A DNA stretch of 64,000 nucleotides from an uncultured Chlamydiae bacterium (GTDB lineage Bacteria; Chlamydiota; Chlamydiia; Chlamydiales; Parachlamydiaceae): the NCBI GenBank assembly GCA_963754655.1, contig CAVWGN010000001.1, positions 480,001 through 544,000 of the forward strand, given 5' to 3'. Under the pieces are notes generated by a model. The model had not been told where the DNA came from. It made no database searches and was given only the letters and a program-made list of their open reading frames with translations. The number at the start of each line of letters is the position of its first letter. Positions within the stretch are counted from its first letter, which is position 1. Of this stretch, positions 1 through 9,632 are shown piece by piece. Position numbers and translations under genes: made by a program.

Positions 1-848
1 TAGTCATCGACAAAGTAAACACCTGTCCAGGATTTACGTTTGCGATGGCAGTTATCATAAAAGTGAAATTCCGTATCCCAAAAAAGCGTCCAGCAGCTAT
101 CTAAAGCATACGCAATATCAGCTCCCAAATAGAATCCATACCAGGTAAAGCGATACATGGAGGTATGATGAGGGTTGCTAAGTCCCAACTCACTGGCAAT
201 AGAAGAATTAGAAGGACTGCCAAATGGATTTGAAGAGGGTGAATCTCTAAAGGGATTAGAAGAAGAAATGTAGAAGGCACTGGAGGAATGAGAATCAAAA
301 AATTCAGAAGAAGATTCAGATGAGGACTGGGAATCATTAGATTCTTCATTATGCTTAACGCGCAAATGTTGTCGATGATAGGAAAAGCCAATTAAAGGAA
401 TAACAGAGAGACGGCAGGAAAAAAAGGCAAAAGGATATCCGACGGCACCGTCAAAATCATAAACTTCGCTGCGTCGCTTAATGCGATCACTTGTAAAGAC
501 CCCAATGGGATAATAGAGATAACGGCTGTGAATATTAAAGTGTTCGTGGGCGCGGCCTTTCTGGGTGGCTCCATAGTCAGCAGAAAATCGGACGTAATAA
601 TCCGAGGAGACCCATTTCACTTGACCACTAATGGTATAACTCTCAATGTCCTTAAAATGAAGATGATCATTAGCACGTGCATGAACATAACTCGACTCTA
701 AATGAGTATTTTTCCATTTCAAGTCATCGCGCCTCCAACCAATTTCAATATCTGCGCTTTGGCAGCAAGTGCTTTCAGTACATCCTGCAAAGAGAGAAGG
801 ACTCATAAGAGTACAAGCCAGCATAAAGGAAATAAGCAATTGAAACAT
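1..848 (-). CDS. Protochlamydia outer-membrane (PomS/PomT-like) beta-barrel protein, runs off the window (3' partial)
   Basis: Not in the ORF track because there is no stop in the window. Manual translation from ATG 848: MFQLLISFMLACTLMSPSLFAGCTESTCCQSADIEIGWRRDDLKW...EVYDFDGAVGYPF...PLIGFSYHRQHLR...YRFTWYGFYLGAD. Signal peptide, Cys-rich N-terminus and motifs resembling the Pom family; AGGAG upstream. Confidence 0.75.
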   Translation of the reverse strand, partial: MFQLLISFMLACTLMSPSLFAGCTESTCCQSADIEIGWRRDDLKWKNTHLESSYVHARANDHLHFKDIESYTISGQVKWVSSDYYVRFSADYGATQKGRAHEHFNIHSRYLYYPIGVFTSDRIKRRSEVYDFDGAVGYPFAFFSCRLSVIPLIGFSYHRQHLRVKHNEESNDSQSSSESSSEFFDSHSSSAFYISSSNPFRDSPSSNPFGSPSNSSIASELGLSNPHHTSMYRFTWYGFYLGADIAYALDSCWTLFWDTEFHFYDNCHRKRKSWTGVYFVDD

Positions 849-949
849 TAGGAAACTCCTTTGAAAGATTGCATTCTCTTGTATGCTGAGAGTTAAAAAA
901 AATCAATAGAATTCGAAATTTTTCTATCACTTTTTATAAAGAATGAAAA

Positions 950-1525
950 TTAGATGTGTTGATATTGCTGAAGTGCCGCATGCCCCATGCGCCGGCTATT
1001 GATCAATTTTAAGGTCTGTAATTGATCTAAATGAGGCTGAGAGTGAAAATCTTCTTCAATAAATAGCACTCCGCCAGGAGCAAGCAAGGCGTGTGCATCT
1101 ATCCATTGAATCAGGTGTGCACTATAAAAAAGCGAAGTGTGCGGAGCTGGGGTGCGATAAGGAGGATCGGCGTAAATAATATCAAAGGATCTTTCTTGCT
1201 TTTCTAGCAATTGTAGCTTGGCAAGGGCTTCACCTTTTAAGACTTGACATTGTTTTTGCACCTTTAAATGCTCAATATTGCTTTGAATGCAATGAATGGC
1301 CTCTTGATGAGCTTCAATAAAGGTTGCCGATTGAGCTCCACGACTTAAGGCTTCAAGACCCATGGCGCCTGAACCTGCAAAAATATCAAGAAAGCGAGCA
1401 CCTTCGATGGTTTGTTGGCAAATATTAAACAACGCTTCTCTTAGACGATTAGCTGTAGGGCGTGTTTGATCGCCTTTTGGAGTGTGTAAATGCTGGCGGC
1501 GATAAAGGCCTGCAATAATGAACAT
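950..1525 (-). CDS. rsmD: 16S rRNA m2G966 methyltransferase
   Basis: TRPTANRLREALFN, LDIFAGSGAMGLEALSRGA and DPPY motifs. Confidence 0.95.
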   Translation of the reverse strand: MFIIAGLYRRQHLHTPKGDQTRPTANRLREALFNICQQTIEGARFLDIFAGSGAMGLEALSRGAQSATFIEAHQEAIHCIQSNIEHLKVQKQCQVLKGEALAKLQLLEKQERSFDIIYADPPYRTPAPHTSLFYSAHLIQWIDAHALLAPGGVLFIEEDFHSQPHLDQLQTLKLINSRRMGHAALQQYQHI

Positions 1526-1539
1526 GCCTGTGCTTATCC

Positions 1540-2847
1540 TTAATTAATGTCAAAGTCAATGACTTGGCTAAGACCAGAGGAGGTCGTCACAACAAGTTTA
1601 TAATGCCCTTTAGGCCAGCCACTAGTAGGAGGCGAAAAGACAGACATGAGGATACTGTCACCATTTTCTTCAATAGCAGCCTTTGCAGGAATAGAGGAGC
1701 CACTTTCAATGTGTTCTAAGGTTAGATAGATCATACTGCCTTTAACGCCATTTTTCACTTCAATGTCAACATATAAGTCGCTCAAATTGGATTTGAATGT
1801 AGTTGTCGGATGTTTAATTTGACCTTGCTCGTCGATTTTCTCGCCCAAAGTGATAGCGCCCAAACTCATCGTTTCCTGTTTGGGTTCCTGAGCAGTAGGC
1901 TGCGCTTGTTTGTTCTCCTCACTTTCAGATGGAGATAGAATGCGCATGCTCCAGATTTTCCATTTTTGATCTTCATAAATTAAATAGTATTTGACATAAG
2001 CAGCAATTTGATCAGATTGCAAGATGACTGATAAAGTTCCCACTCCATTGCGAATAGTCGGTTTATGGAAGGACACAACATGATAATGTGTCAAAATGGG
2101 ATAGCGCTTAATAAATTCGCGGAAAGCATCTTCAGAAGTTGCATCTTTAAATTCTTTCGAAGAATAATTTTGGTAGGCTTCTGGCAACTTTTGATCTTGG
2201 ATATCCTTTAATTGAGCTTTAGCAACTTCAATGAGATCTTCCGCATGATCACCTTCCTTAGTATTTTGAATATTTCCAGGCTTTAAAAGACGAAGACTAA
2301 GGATTTTCCACTTATCATTTTCTTTGATCAATTTATATTCAATAGGCGTACTGATATGGTCAGTGGAGGTGAGATTACCTTTTAAAATTCCAATATTATG
2401 TTCGATCGAGCGTTGATTAAAATGAGCAATCTGGTTATTGAGAAAAACAGGATAGGAGTCAATAAAATTGCGAAATTGATCAAGTGAAGTCGCTGCCTGA
2501 AAATCTTTTGAAGTATAATCGTAATAAGCTTTAGAAATATCGTGCTGTCGCAAAGCTGCTAATTGATGATCAACAACATCTACCCAACTTTCTGTGAATA
2601 AGATTCCGGCTGTCACTCCAATGAGCGCCAATACTGCTAAAAGACCGATCAACTTAAACCAAAAAGGCATGGGCTTTTTCTTCATGATGGGCGCAGGTGA
2701 AGAGGACTCCTGCTTGTCGGAAAGAGGAGGAGGAGAAACAGAGCTAGCATCCAGCTTGGAGCCACAGTGGGGGCAATATTGATAATCAGATGTGACTTGT
2801 GCGCCACAATGGGAACAAAACATAATGGTACTCCTTCCCTTTAGCAT
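1540..2847 (-). CDS. Membrane-anchored protein with N-terminal double zinc ribbon and two repeated DUF4864-like domains (start may be 2823)
   Basis: CSHCG...CPHCG, one TM helix, twice-repeated AY..Y.SK.F..ATS...FR.FI..YP...WKI.S.R unit. Confidence 0.7.
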   Translation of the reverse strand: MLKGRSTIMFCSHCGAQVTSDYQYCPHCGSKLDASSVSPPPLSDKQESSSPAPIMKKKPMPFWFKLIGLLAVLALIGVTAGILFTESWVDVVDHQLAALRQHDISKAYYDYTSKDFQAATSLDQFRNFIDSYPVFLNNQIAHFNQRSIEHNIGILKGNLTSTDHISTPIEYKLIKENDKWKILSLRLLKPGNIQNTKEGDHAEDLIEVAKAQLKDIQDQKLPEAYQNYSSKEFKDATSEDAFREFIKRYPILTHYHVVSFHKPTIRNGVGTLSVILQSDQIAAYVKYYLIYEDQKWKIWSMRILSPSESEENKQAQPTAQEPKQETMSLGAITLGEKIDEQGQIKHPTTTFKSNLSDLYVDIEVKNGVKGSMIYLTLEHIESGSSIPAKAAIEENGDSILMSVFSPPTSGWPKGHYKLVVTTSSGLSQVIDFDIN

Positions 2848-2904
2848 GTTCGCAGCTTAATCATAGGAAGAATTGATCGCAAACTTTTTAGCATTTTGAG
2901 TGAA

Positions 2905-3939
2905 TTAATAGGCACCATAGAAATGAATCAAGCTTTCAGCTTTTTTATAGTGCGAGCGTTTGAGCATTTCATAGACTTGCAATCCTTGTGCATTTTGCCC
3001 TTGTTCAAAGTAAAGCTTACCTAGCTTAAAAAGCGTTTCTTTATCGTCTGGACATAATTGAAGAAGCGTTTCATACTCTTTAATTTCTTCCTTAGGCATT
3101 TGTAAATCGCGATAGCTGTAGGCAAGCTGGGCATGGACCCACGGATCATGCGGAGCATAATCGCTTAGAATTTTAAATTCTTCAATTGCTTTTTCGGCAA
3201 TGGAGCGGAATTTATATTTGAAAGAGTCATTATATTTAGTCTGAGGAATCCAACGATCATCATCTAATCCTTCAACCGTTCTAGGATCCACATAGAGGCC
3301 AGATAACATGACATAAGCATTTGCCAAACCTGCATGGGCTTCCAGATCGGTAGGTTCCACGCGTACTAATTTGATGTGTTCATCGACACATGCTTGTAAA
3401 AGAAGTTCTTTCATAAAATGAATGTCGTGCCAAAACCACCAACAATTTAATTTTTCAAATGACGAACTCAAAAAAATGCACCAGGAGGGACAACTATAAA
3501 TATGATATTCGTGTGCATGCAACTCTGCTGCTAGCTTACAGCAAGCATGGGCAATCATCAAATGATGCTCAGATTCTCCTTCGGGCTCTTGAGTAATCTG
3601 TTGACAAGCTTGAATAAATTCTGATGTCAAGCCCATCAATTTTTCAGCTTTTCGTGTGTGAGCATACATGTGCAAAGTAAAATAACAGAAAATAGTAGCA
3701 AAAATGAGAGCAAGATGAATCGCGACTACAAATGTCTGGACCAATAAGGTTAAATGCACAAAAAAATAAATCGTTTCTCCAGTAATTAACAGAAGAAAAA
3801 TGAGGTTAAAAACGGTATAAGCTTTTAAGATTTTTTGAAATCTAATGACAGCAGAATTAATTAAGACCCCAATGCGGTCCTTATAAAATTCTTTATCAAA
3901 TTCAATAAAGACTTCCTTTTCTACGGCTGGTATTGTCAT
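2905..3939 (-). CDS. TPR-containing membrane protein
   Basis: Two N-terminal TM segments; C-terminal TPR-like helices (AHAGLANAY, VHAQLAYSY, TLFKLGKLYF). Confidence 0.7.
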   Translation of the reverse strand: MTIPAVEKEVFIEFDKEFYKDRIGVLINSAVIRFQKILKAYTVFNLIFLLLITGETIYFFVHLTLLVQTFVVAIHLALIFATIFCYFTLHMYAHTRKAEKLMGLTSEFIQACQQITQEPEGESEHHLMIAHACCKLAAELHAHEYHIYSCPSWCIFLSSSFEKLNCWWFWHDIHFMKELLLQACVDEHIKLVRVEPTDLEAHAGLANAYVMLSGLYVDPRTVEGLDDDRWIPQTKYNDSFKYKFRSIAEKAIEEFKILSDYAPHDPWVHAQLAYSYRDLQMPKEEIKEYETLLQLCPDDKETLFKLGKLYFEQGQNAQGLQVYEMLKRSHYKKAESLIHFYGAY

Positions 3940-4097
3940 GATGTCCTAATGGGAAATATTAACTATACGTTCCTTATAATCTAATAACAAAATTTTGGAC
4001 AACATTTTTGAATTGAAAAATTTATTTAAGGTTTTTATGAAGTTTTAAGGGTCTACCTTATTAAAACCAATAGTCAATCAAATCAATCTATTCTCGG

Positions 4098-4933
4098 CAG
4101 AGTGTTTTTACTAAAATATTTGACACTTACAGCCCTTCAGGCTACATGACACAACTCATTCATACCCAGGGCTAGGGTGTTAATTTTGTGCAAAAAATAA
4201 GCTTTATTTTTCATAATAATTGGCATAGTTGAATTGAAGGTCGCATGTTTATGCCGTCCTTTCAGGACTCGATGTCTTTTTGATAGAACCCAGGCCTCCG
4301 CTTCGCTGCGACCTGGGCTGTAACATGGCGGCCCTTCAGGCCTTAAAAAGAGATGTTTAAGTCCCTCTTCTATAGTCCCTAAGTCATCTTTTTGTTAAGG
4401 CCTGAAGGGCCGCCATGTTACAGTCCAGGTCGCAGCGAAGGCGGAGGTCTGGGGCTGTAACATGACGCGGCCCTTCAGGCCTTAACAATAGATGTTTAAG
4501 TCCCTCTTCTATAGTCCCTAAATCATCTTTTTGTTAAGGCCTGAAGGGCCGTCATGTTACAGCCCAGGTCGCAGCGAAGGCGGAGGTCTGGGGCTGTAAC
4601 ATGACGCGGCCCTTCAGGCCTTAACAAGAGATGTTTAAGTCTCTCTTCTATAGTCCCTAAATCATCTTTTTGTTAAGGCCTGAAGGGCCGTCATGTTACA
4701 GCCCAGGTCGCAGCGAAGCGGAGGCCTGGGTTCTATCAAAAAGACATCGAGTCCTGAAAGGACGGCATAAACATGCGACCTTCAATTCAACTATGCCAAT
4801 TATTGTGAAAAATAAAGCTTATTTTTTGCACAAAATTAACACCCTAACCAGGGCGTTGCCCTGGGCATGAGTGAGTTGTGTTATGCAGCCTGAAGGGCTG
4901 TAAGTGTCAAATATTTTAGTAAAAAACACTCTG
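4098..4933. repeat. Palindrome family A, copy 1: 836-bp near-perfect inverted repeat built from REP-like GCCCTTCAGGC / CCCAGG hairpins, with three tandem 139-bp central units
   Basis: Ends cagagtgtttttactaaaatatttgacac / gtgtcaaatattttagtaaaaaacactctg; central loop agatgtttaagtccctcttctatagtccctaa at 4351, 4490 and 4629. Confidence 0.95.
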
Positions 4934-4973
4934 TATCTCTTGGCTCTTTAAGCATGCACATGTCAAATTTTAT

Positions 4974-5900
4974 TTAAGCTTCTTGTTGTGGAAGAGTAGA
5001 TAATTGATAAGATTCTTTCAACTCTTCCTGGTCAAATAACACTAACCCTAAAAGGACTAAGGCAAATGACAAATAAAAAGGCCATGTGACAATTTCATCT
5101 AGGACTAGCCAGCCAAATAAGGCTGTAAAAAGAGGAGTGGTAAATCCTGCAAAAGACATAAAAGTGGCTGAATAGTTCTTAAGAAGCGATCCATATAAAT
5201 TATAACAAATTAAATTGGAAATTAAGATGAGTAAGAGAGTGCATTCTAAATAAATAGGATAATTTGTCACCGGAAAAGGCTGCCAATCTTCTAGAGCAAA
5301 AGAATGTCCCAAGGCTAAAGCACCCCCCACTAACATGCTTATTCCATTGGCAGTTAACGGAGAAAGCTCATTCTCGCTTACCAATTGCTTTAATAGAATC
5401 CATCCATAAACACTGCAAATTGCTGCCATCATAACCGCTAATTCAGCCCAAGAAAAGAAAAAAAGATGACCTGTTTGCTCTTCAGTTGATGTTTGACTAA
5501 GCAAAATAGGTGTAAATCCTAAGAAGCCCATCATTAATCCCATCCATTTCTTACTTGTTAATTTCTCTGAAAAAAGAAAATAAGAGAAAACAGCAGAAAG
5601 GAAAGGCGATAGGCTATAAATAAAGCAAGTTTTGAATGAGGTCAAATACCTCAATCCCCAAAATTCGAACACATTAGTTAAGTAAATATTAAAAATAGCC
5701 AGAAGAATTAAGCGCCCCCATGTCTTGCGATCCAAAAATAATGTCTGCTTTTTTATGAAAATTTGATAGCTTACAAGCAGGATTCCAGCCAGTAACATGC
5801 GGGTTCCTACGAAAAAAAAAGGCTGCACATACAACAAACCTGTTTTGGCAATGGTAAATACACTGGCAAATAAGGCATATAGCAAAAGGACATAAAACAT
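4974..5900 (-). CDS. EamA/DMT family transporter, probable homologue of the chlamydial SAM/SAH carrier
   Basis: ~10 TM helices in two EamA repeats; resemblance to C. trachomatis CT580/CTL0843 is from memory and unverified. Confidence 0.75.
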   Translation of the reverse strand: MFYVLLLYALFASVFTIAKTGLLYVQPFFFVGTRMLLAGILLVSYQIFIKKQTLFLDRKTWGRLILLAIFNIYLTNVFEFWGLRYLTSFKTCFIYSLSPFLSAVFSYFLFSEKLTSKKWMGLMMGFLGFTPILLSQTSTEEQTGHLFFFSWAELAVMMAAICSVYGWILLKQLVSENELSPLTANGISMLVGGALALGHSFALEDWQPFPVTNYPIYLECTLLLILISNLICYNLYGSLLKNYSATFMSFAGFTTPLFTALFGWLVLDEIVTWPFYLSFALVLLGLVLFDQEELKESYQLSTLPQQEA

Positions 5901-6234
5901 AGCATACCTCTAAACTAAAAAAGAAATTTTAACCTTTAATTTCATAAAAATAAAGATAAAAGTTATCTGTTTGCTTGTAGATAATGAAAAATTTTATTGA
6001 CAGTAATTCTTAAAGCTTTAATTAAAATTAATGTTTTGTTTATTAATTTCAAATAATTTTTTAGTTAAATCTTTCTTTTGTGTATAATGAATAGAGAGGT
6101 AGTAGGATTTACTAACTTAACAAACCCTTAAGAAGGTTTTCGCAAACTAAAAGAATGATTTTAATTAATTTCTATGCTCTAATCCGATGACAAAAACATC
6201 TTTAGAGCAAGAGAATCACTAATGTGGAGTTGCA

Positions 6235-6924
6235 ATGCAAAAAACAAAAATTTTATTAATTGAGGATGAAGAGGATATTGCTTCATTAATCAAGTTACAG
6301 GCGGAACTTGCCGGTTATAAAGCGCATGTGGAGGCTGATGGTTTAAATGGCTTGGTGGCTGTTGAACGTGAGAGACCGGATGTGATTGTATTAGATATCA
6401 TGCTTCCAGGACTCAATGGATTAGATGTGTGTCGTAAGATTCGCAGCAATCCTGATTTTAATGCGATTCCGATTATAATTATTTCAGCTAAGAGTGAAGA
6501 GTTGGATGTCGTGTTAGGATTGGAATTAGGAGCCGATGATTATGTTGCCAAGCCTTTTTCTTTAAAAGTTCTCTTTTCCCGCATTAAAGCCGTATTGCGT
6601 AGAGGAAAGGAAACGGAAAAGGAAAGCAAGGTATTGACATTTGGAGATTTTATCATGGAAGTGGATCGCTATCTTTTGCGTAAAAAAGATAAAGCGATTC
6701 CTTTGACACTGTCAGAATTTGGCATTTTACGTCGCTTATTACTTAATCGTGGTAAAGTTTTAACACGCAATCAGCTGTTAGATGATGTTCAAAACGATGA
6801 TGCTTTCATTATTGATCGCAATATTGATGTCCATATTGCTTCTTTGCGCAAGAAATTAGGGCCTAATTTTGAGGGCATTGAAACGGTACGTGGAGTAGGT
6901 TATCGTTTTAAAGATGAAGATTAA
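6235..6924 (+). CDS. OmpR/PhoB family response regulator (no kinase adjacent)
   Basis: ILLIEDE, LDIMLPG, GADDYVAKPF, winged helix IETVRGVGYRF. Confidence 0.93.
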   Translation: MQKTKILLIEDEEDIASLIKLQAELAGYKAHVEADGLNGLVAVERERPDVIVLDIMLPGLNGLDVCRKIRSNPDFNAIPIIIISAKSEELDVVLGLELGADDYVAKPFSLKVLFSRIKAVLRRGKETEKESKVLTFGDFIMEVDRYLLRKKDKAIPLTLSEFGILRRLLLNRGKVLTRNQLLDDVQNDDAFIIDRNIDVHIASLRKKLGPNFEGIETVRGVGYRFKDED

Positions 6925-6939
6925 ATAAAAATAAAGCGT

Positions 6940-8343
6940 TTAAGACTTTTCTTCTTTTCTTATTCGCTCTTTTAATACTTGCCAACGGGCCGGATCAAAA
7001 CGAATCCAAGCTGTCTGATGTTTGGAAATTTGCACAAGTCCGGCTTTTCCTTTTCCCAAACGGGACACATATTTGCGTTGTGTAAAGCAAATTTCTCCCT
7101 CTCCTTGCAGGCGCGCTTTGCTATAATAAAGGGCAAGCTGCATGGCATCTTTTAAAGTTTCAGAATCGGGTTCTTGATCTTTGCCCAGGCGAATGATGAC
7201 ATGCGAACCTGAATAGCCTCTGACATGCAGCCACCAATCACGGCCATTAGCTAACTGAAAAGTGAGACGCTCATTGGCTTTGGCGTTTTTTCCAACCCAA
7301 ATTCGCACTCCATTAGTTGAAAGATACTCTTTATAGATAGGGGAAGGGGAAATGGCAGAAGGGATTGTTTGGCTAGTTGGAAGAAAGGAAAGAGTGGATT
7401 TAAAGGCAGCAAGTTCATCGGCTGTCTGGACCAAACTCAACTTTTGCTTTTGCTGCTCCAAAGAATGCAGTTCGGTTTGAATGCGCTTTAAGTATTGAGT
7501 TAAGGGTTCTTGTCCCAGGTGAAGTTTTTTTGCCCGCTTGAAACGCGCTGCCATTTCTTCTTGAGGCGTTTTAGCTGGATTTAATTTTAAATGATAGGGC
7601 TGATCTGTCATCCAATCGTGTACGATAAGAGAGGAGACTCCCTTTTGAATTGAGGCGAAATGCGCTTTGATTAAATCTCCCTCATGTTGAATGTGCGACC
7701 ATTGGGCACACTCTTTTAAATTTTCTGCAATGTCGTGCTCTTTTCTTTTTAGCTTCTTCATCTGTTTAGAAAATTGATGAGTTAAAGCTTGTTTTTCTCT
7801 GTTTAATTCCCATTGTTTTTCTATTTCCTTATACGCCCGATCAACTTCTCGATGGCTAAACCAAGGAGAAGTTTCGGAGGTAAAGGCACGTAGAGGAGGG
7901 AGTAAATAATGCGTTTGAACGAGAGGGTGCAGGGCAAACACAATTTTTCCATCAGGCTGCACCAGATAATAATTGGGATGTTTAGAGAAAAACTCAGCAA
8001 TGAGGCGCCGTTCACCCTGAGGAATAATAAAGGTTAATTGAAGAATGCGGTCGTGTTGAAGGAGACAGGCATTTTTTAAAGTTGCCCCTTTCAAAAAAGC
8101 GGATAAGGGATGTGAAGAGGAAGAATGGGGTGGAAGAGAAGAAGTGAGATGAAAGCGCAGAAAAGGAGGAGTAAAGCAAAAAAAAAGAGTTTCCTGATGA
8201 TTTTTTCCCTGCAAGGTAAGAAAAAAACGACGCAAGTCGTTGGGGAAGCAATTGACAACGGTAAAGTTAGCAACCCGTGCCTGAAGCTCTTTAGAGAGAA
8301 CTTCCATTAAGGCATAATTGAAAACAGGAAGGGGTATTTTCAC
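6940..8343 (-). CDS. NFACT / RqcH (FbpA-like) ribosome quality-control protein
   Basis: [28 protein letters not shown] and ALYYSKAR (NFACT-R domain); central coiled coil. Confidence 0.88.
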   Translation of the reverse strand: MKIPLPVFNYALMEVLSKELQARVANFTVVNCFPNDLRRFFLTLQGKNHQETLFFCFTPPFLRFHLTSSLPPHSSSSHPLSAFLKGATLKNACLLQHDRILQLTFIIPQGERRLIAEFFSKHPNYYLVQPDGKIVFALHPLVQTHYLLPPLRAFTSETSPWFSHREVDRAYKEIEKQWELNREKQALTHQFSKQMKKLKRKEHDIAENLKECAQWSHIQHEGDLIKAHFASIQKGVSSLIVHDWMTDQPYHLKLNPAKTPQEEMAARFKRAKKLHLGQEPLTQYLKRIQTELHSLEQQKQKLSLVQTADELAAFKSTLSFLPTSQTIPSAISPSPIYKEYLSTNGVRIWVGKNAKANERLTFQLANGRDWWLHVRGYSGSHVIIRLGKDQEPDSETLKDAMQLALYYSKARLQGEGEICFTQRKYVSRLGKGKAGLVQISKHQTAWIRFDPARWQVLKERIRKEEKS

Positions 8344-9542
8344 TCTTCTGTCTTTGGAAAGCTGGAAATCAAAAAAGATTCTTGTTTGATGGCATTAAGT
8401 AAAGCTTGCACTCGATCTGTTTTTTCCCAAGTAAAGTTGGCTTCATTCCGTCCAAAATGCCCTTCAAAAGCGGTTTGACGGTAAATAGGACGTTTGAGAT
8501 CAAGCATGTGAATAATGCCTTTAGGAGTCAGCTGAAAAACTAAGGGAATAATATGACTCAATAAATCTTCGCTAATGACACCTGTTCCAAAAGTGTCGAC
8601 CTTAATTGAAATGGGATGGGGCACTCCAATGGCATAAGATAATTGCACTTCACAACGCCTAGCTAAGTTTGCTGCGACAATATTTTTGGCAATATAGCGA
8701 GCGGCGTAGCAAGCTGATCGATCCACTTTTGATGGATCTTTTCCTGAAAAAGCTCCTCCTCCATGCCGTCCCATGCCTCCATAACTATCGACGATGATTT
8801 TGCGTCCCGTTAAACCACAGTCTCCTGAAGGGCCGCCAATCACAAAGCGTCCGGTAGGGTTGATGTAAAATAAGGTGTTGTTATCAATGAGAGAAGCGGG
8901 AACAATTTGATGCACTAATTCTTTCATGTCTTTGATGATAGTGGCCTGATCTGTTTCTTTAGAATGTTGAGTGGAAATGACTACTGTATGAAGCCGAAGA
9001 GGATGATACTGTTCATCATATTCGATGGTCACTTGTGATTTTGCATCAGGGCGCAGATATTTGAGTATTCCCCTTTGTCGTTTTAAGCGCAAACTGCGCA
9101 CGATTTGATGCGCTAACATAATGGGCAAAGGCATGAATTCAGCTGTTTCATCACAGGCAAAGCCAAACATGAGACCTTGATCCCCCGCTCCTTGTTCTTT
9201 ATAAGAATTTTGCGATTCATTGACACCTTGTGCAATGTCGGGCGACTGTTTATTAATGGAGCACATCACGCCGCAAGATTGAAAGTCGAATCCCAATTGA
9301 GGGTTATCATATCCAATATCTTGAATTGTCTTGCGTACGACATCTTGATAATCAATATGCGCATAAGTTGTAATTTCCCCAGCTAGGACCACAAGTCCGC
9401 GAGTGACAAGAGTTTCGCAGGCTACTCTTGCGTTCGGATCAATGGCTAAGCAGGCATCTAGAATGGCATCAGAAATTTGATCGGCAATTTTATCGGGATG
9501 TCCGATTGAAACCGATTCAGAAGTAAAAAGAAAGTGAGTCAT
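8340..9542 (-). CDS. metK: S-adenosylmethionine synthetase
   Basis: [39 protein letters not shown]. Confidence 0.98.
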   Translation of the reverse strand: MTHFLFTSESVSIGHPDKIADQISDAILDACLAIDPNARVACETLVTRGLVVLAGEITTYAHIDYQDVVRKTIQDIGYDNPQLGFDFQSCGVMCSINKQSPDIAQGVNESQNSYKEQGAGDQGLMFGFACDETAEFMPLPIMLAHQIVRSLRLKRQRGILKYLRPDAKSQVTIEYDEQYHPLRLHTVVISTQHSKETDQATIIKDMKELVHQIVPASLIDNNTLFYINPTGRFVIGGPSGDCGLTGRKIIVDSYGGMGRHGGGAFSGKDPSKVDRSACYAARYIAKNIVAANLARRCEVQLSYAIGVPHPISIKVDTFGTGVISEDLLSHIIPLVFQLTPKGIIHMLDLKRPIYRQTAFEGHFGRNEANFTWEKTDRVQALLNAIKQESFLISSFPKTEE

Positions 9543-9632
9543 GAATTTTTTCTCTAATGATTTTTGTTTAGAGTTATCATAAGAGAATTAAATAGCATTT
9601 TGCAATTCATTTATCTCAAAGTGTAACAAACC

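Noticed and set aside
101..574. ORFs 101-391 and 392-574
   Set aside because: Off-frame shadows of the outer-membrane protein gene 1-848
4318..4730. Regularly spaced repeats resembling a CRISPR array
   Set aside because: The 139-bp units are near-identical throughout, with no unique spacers and no cas genes; it is a tandem hairpin amplification
4670..4870. Short ORFs in palindromes (4670, 32077, 32096, 32392, 32481, 32735, 40088, 51206, 55479)
   Set aside because: They are translations of non-coding repeat arms, appear on both strands because of the symmetry, and lack RBS or protein motifs
6235..6924. Calling the response regulator ChxR
   Set aside because: It retains the phospho-acceptor Asp (LDIMLP), unlike the atypical ChxR; orthology cannot be established by eye
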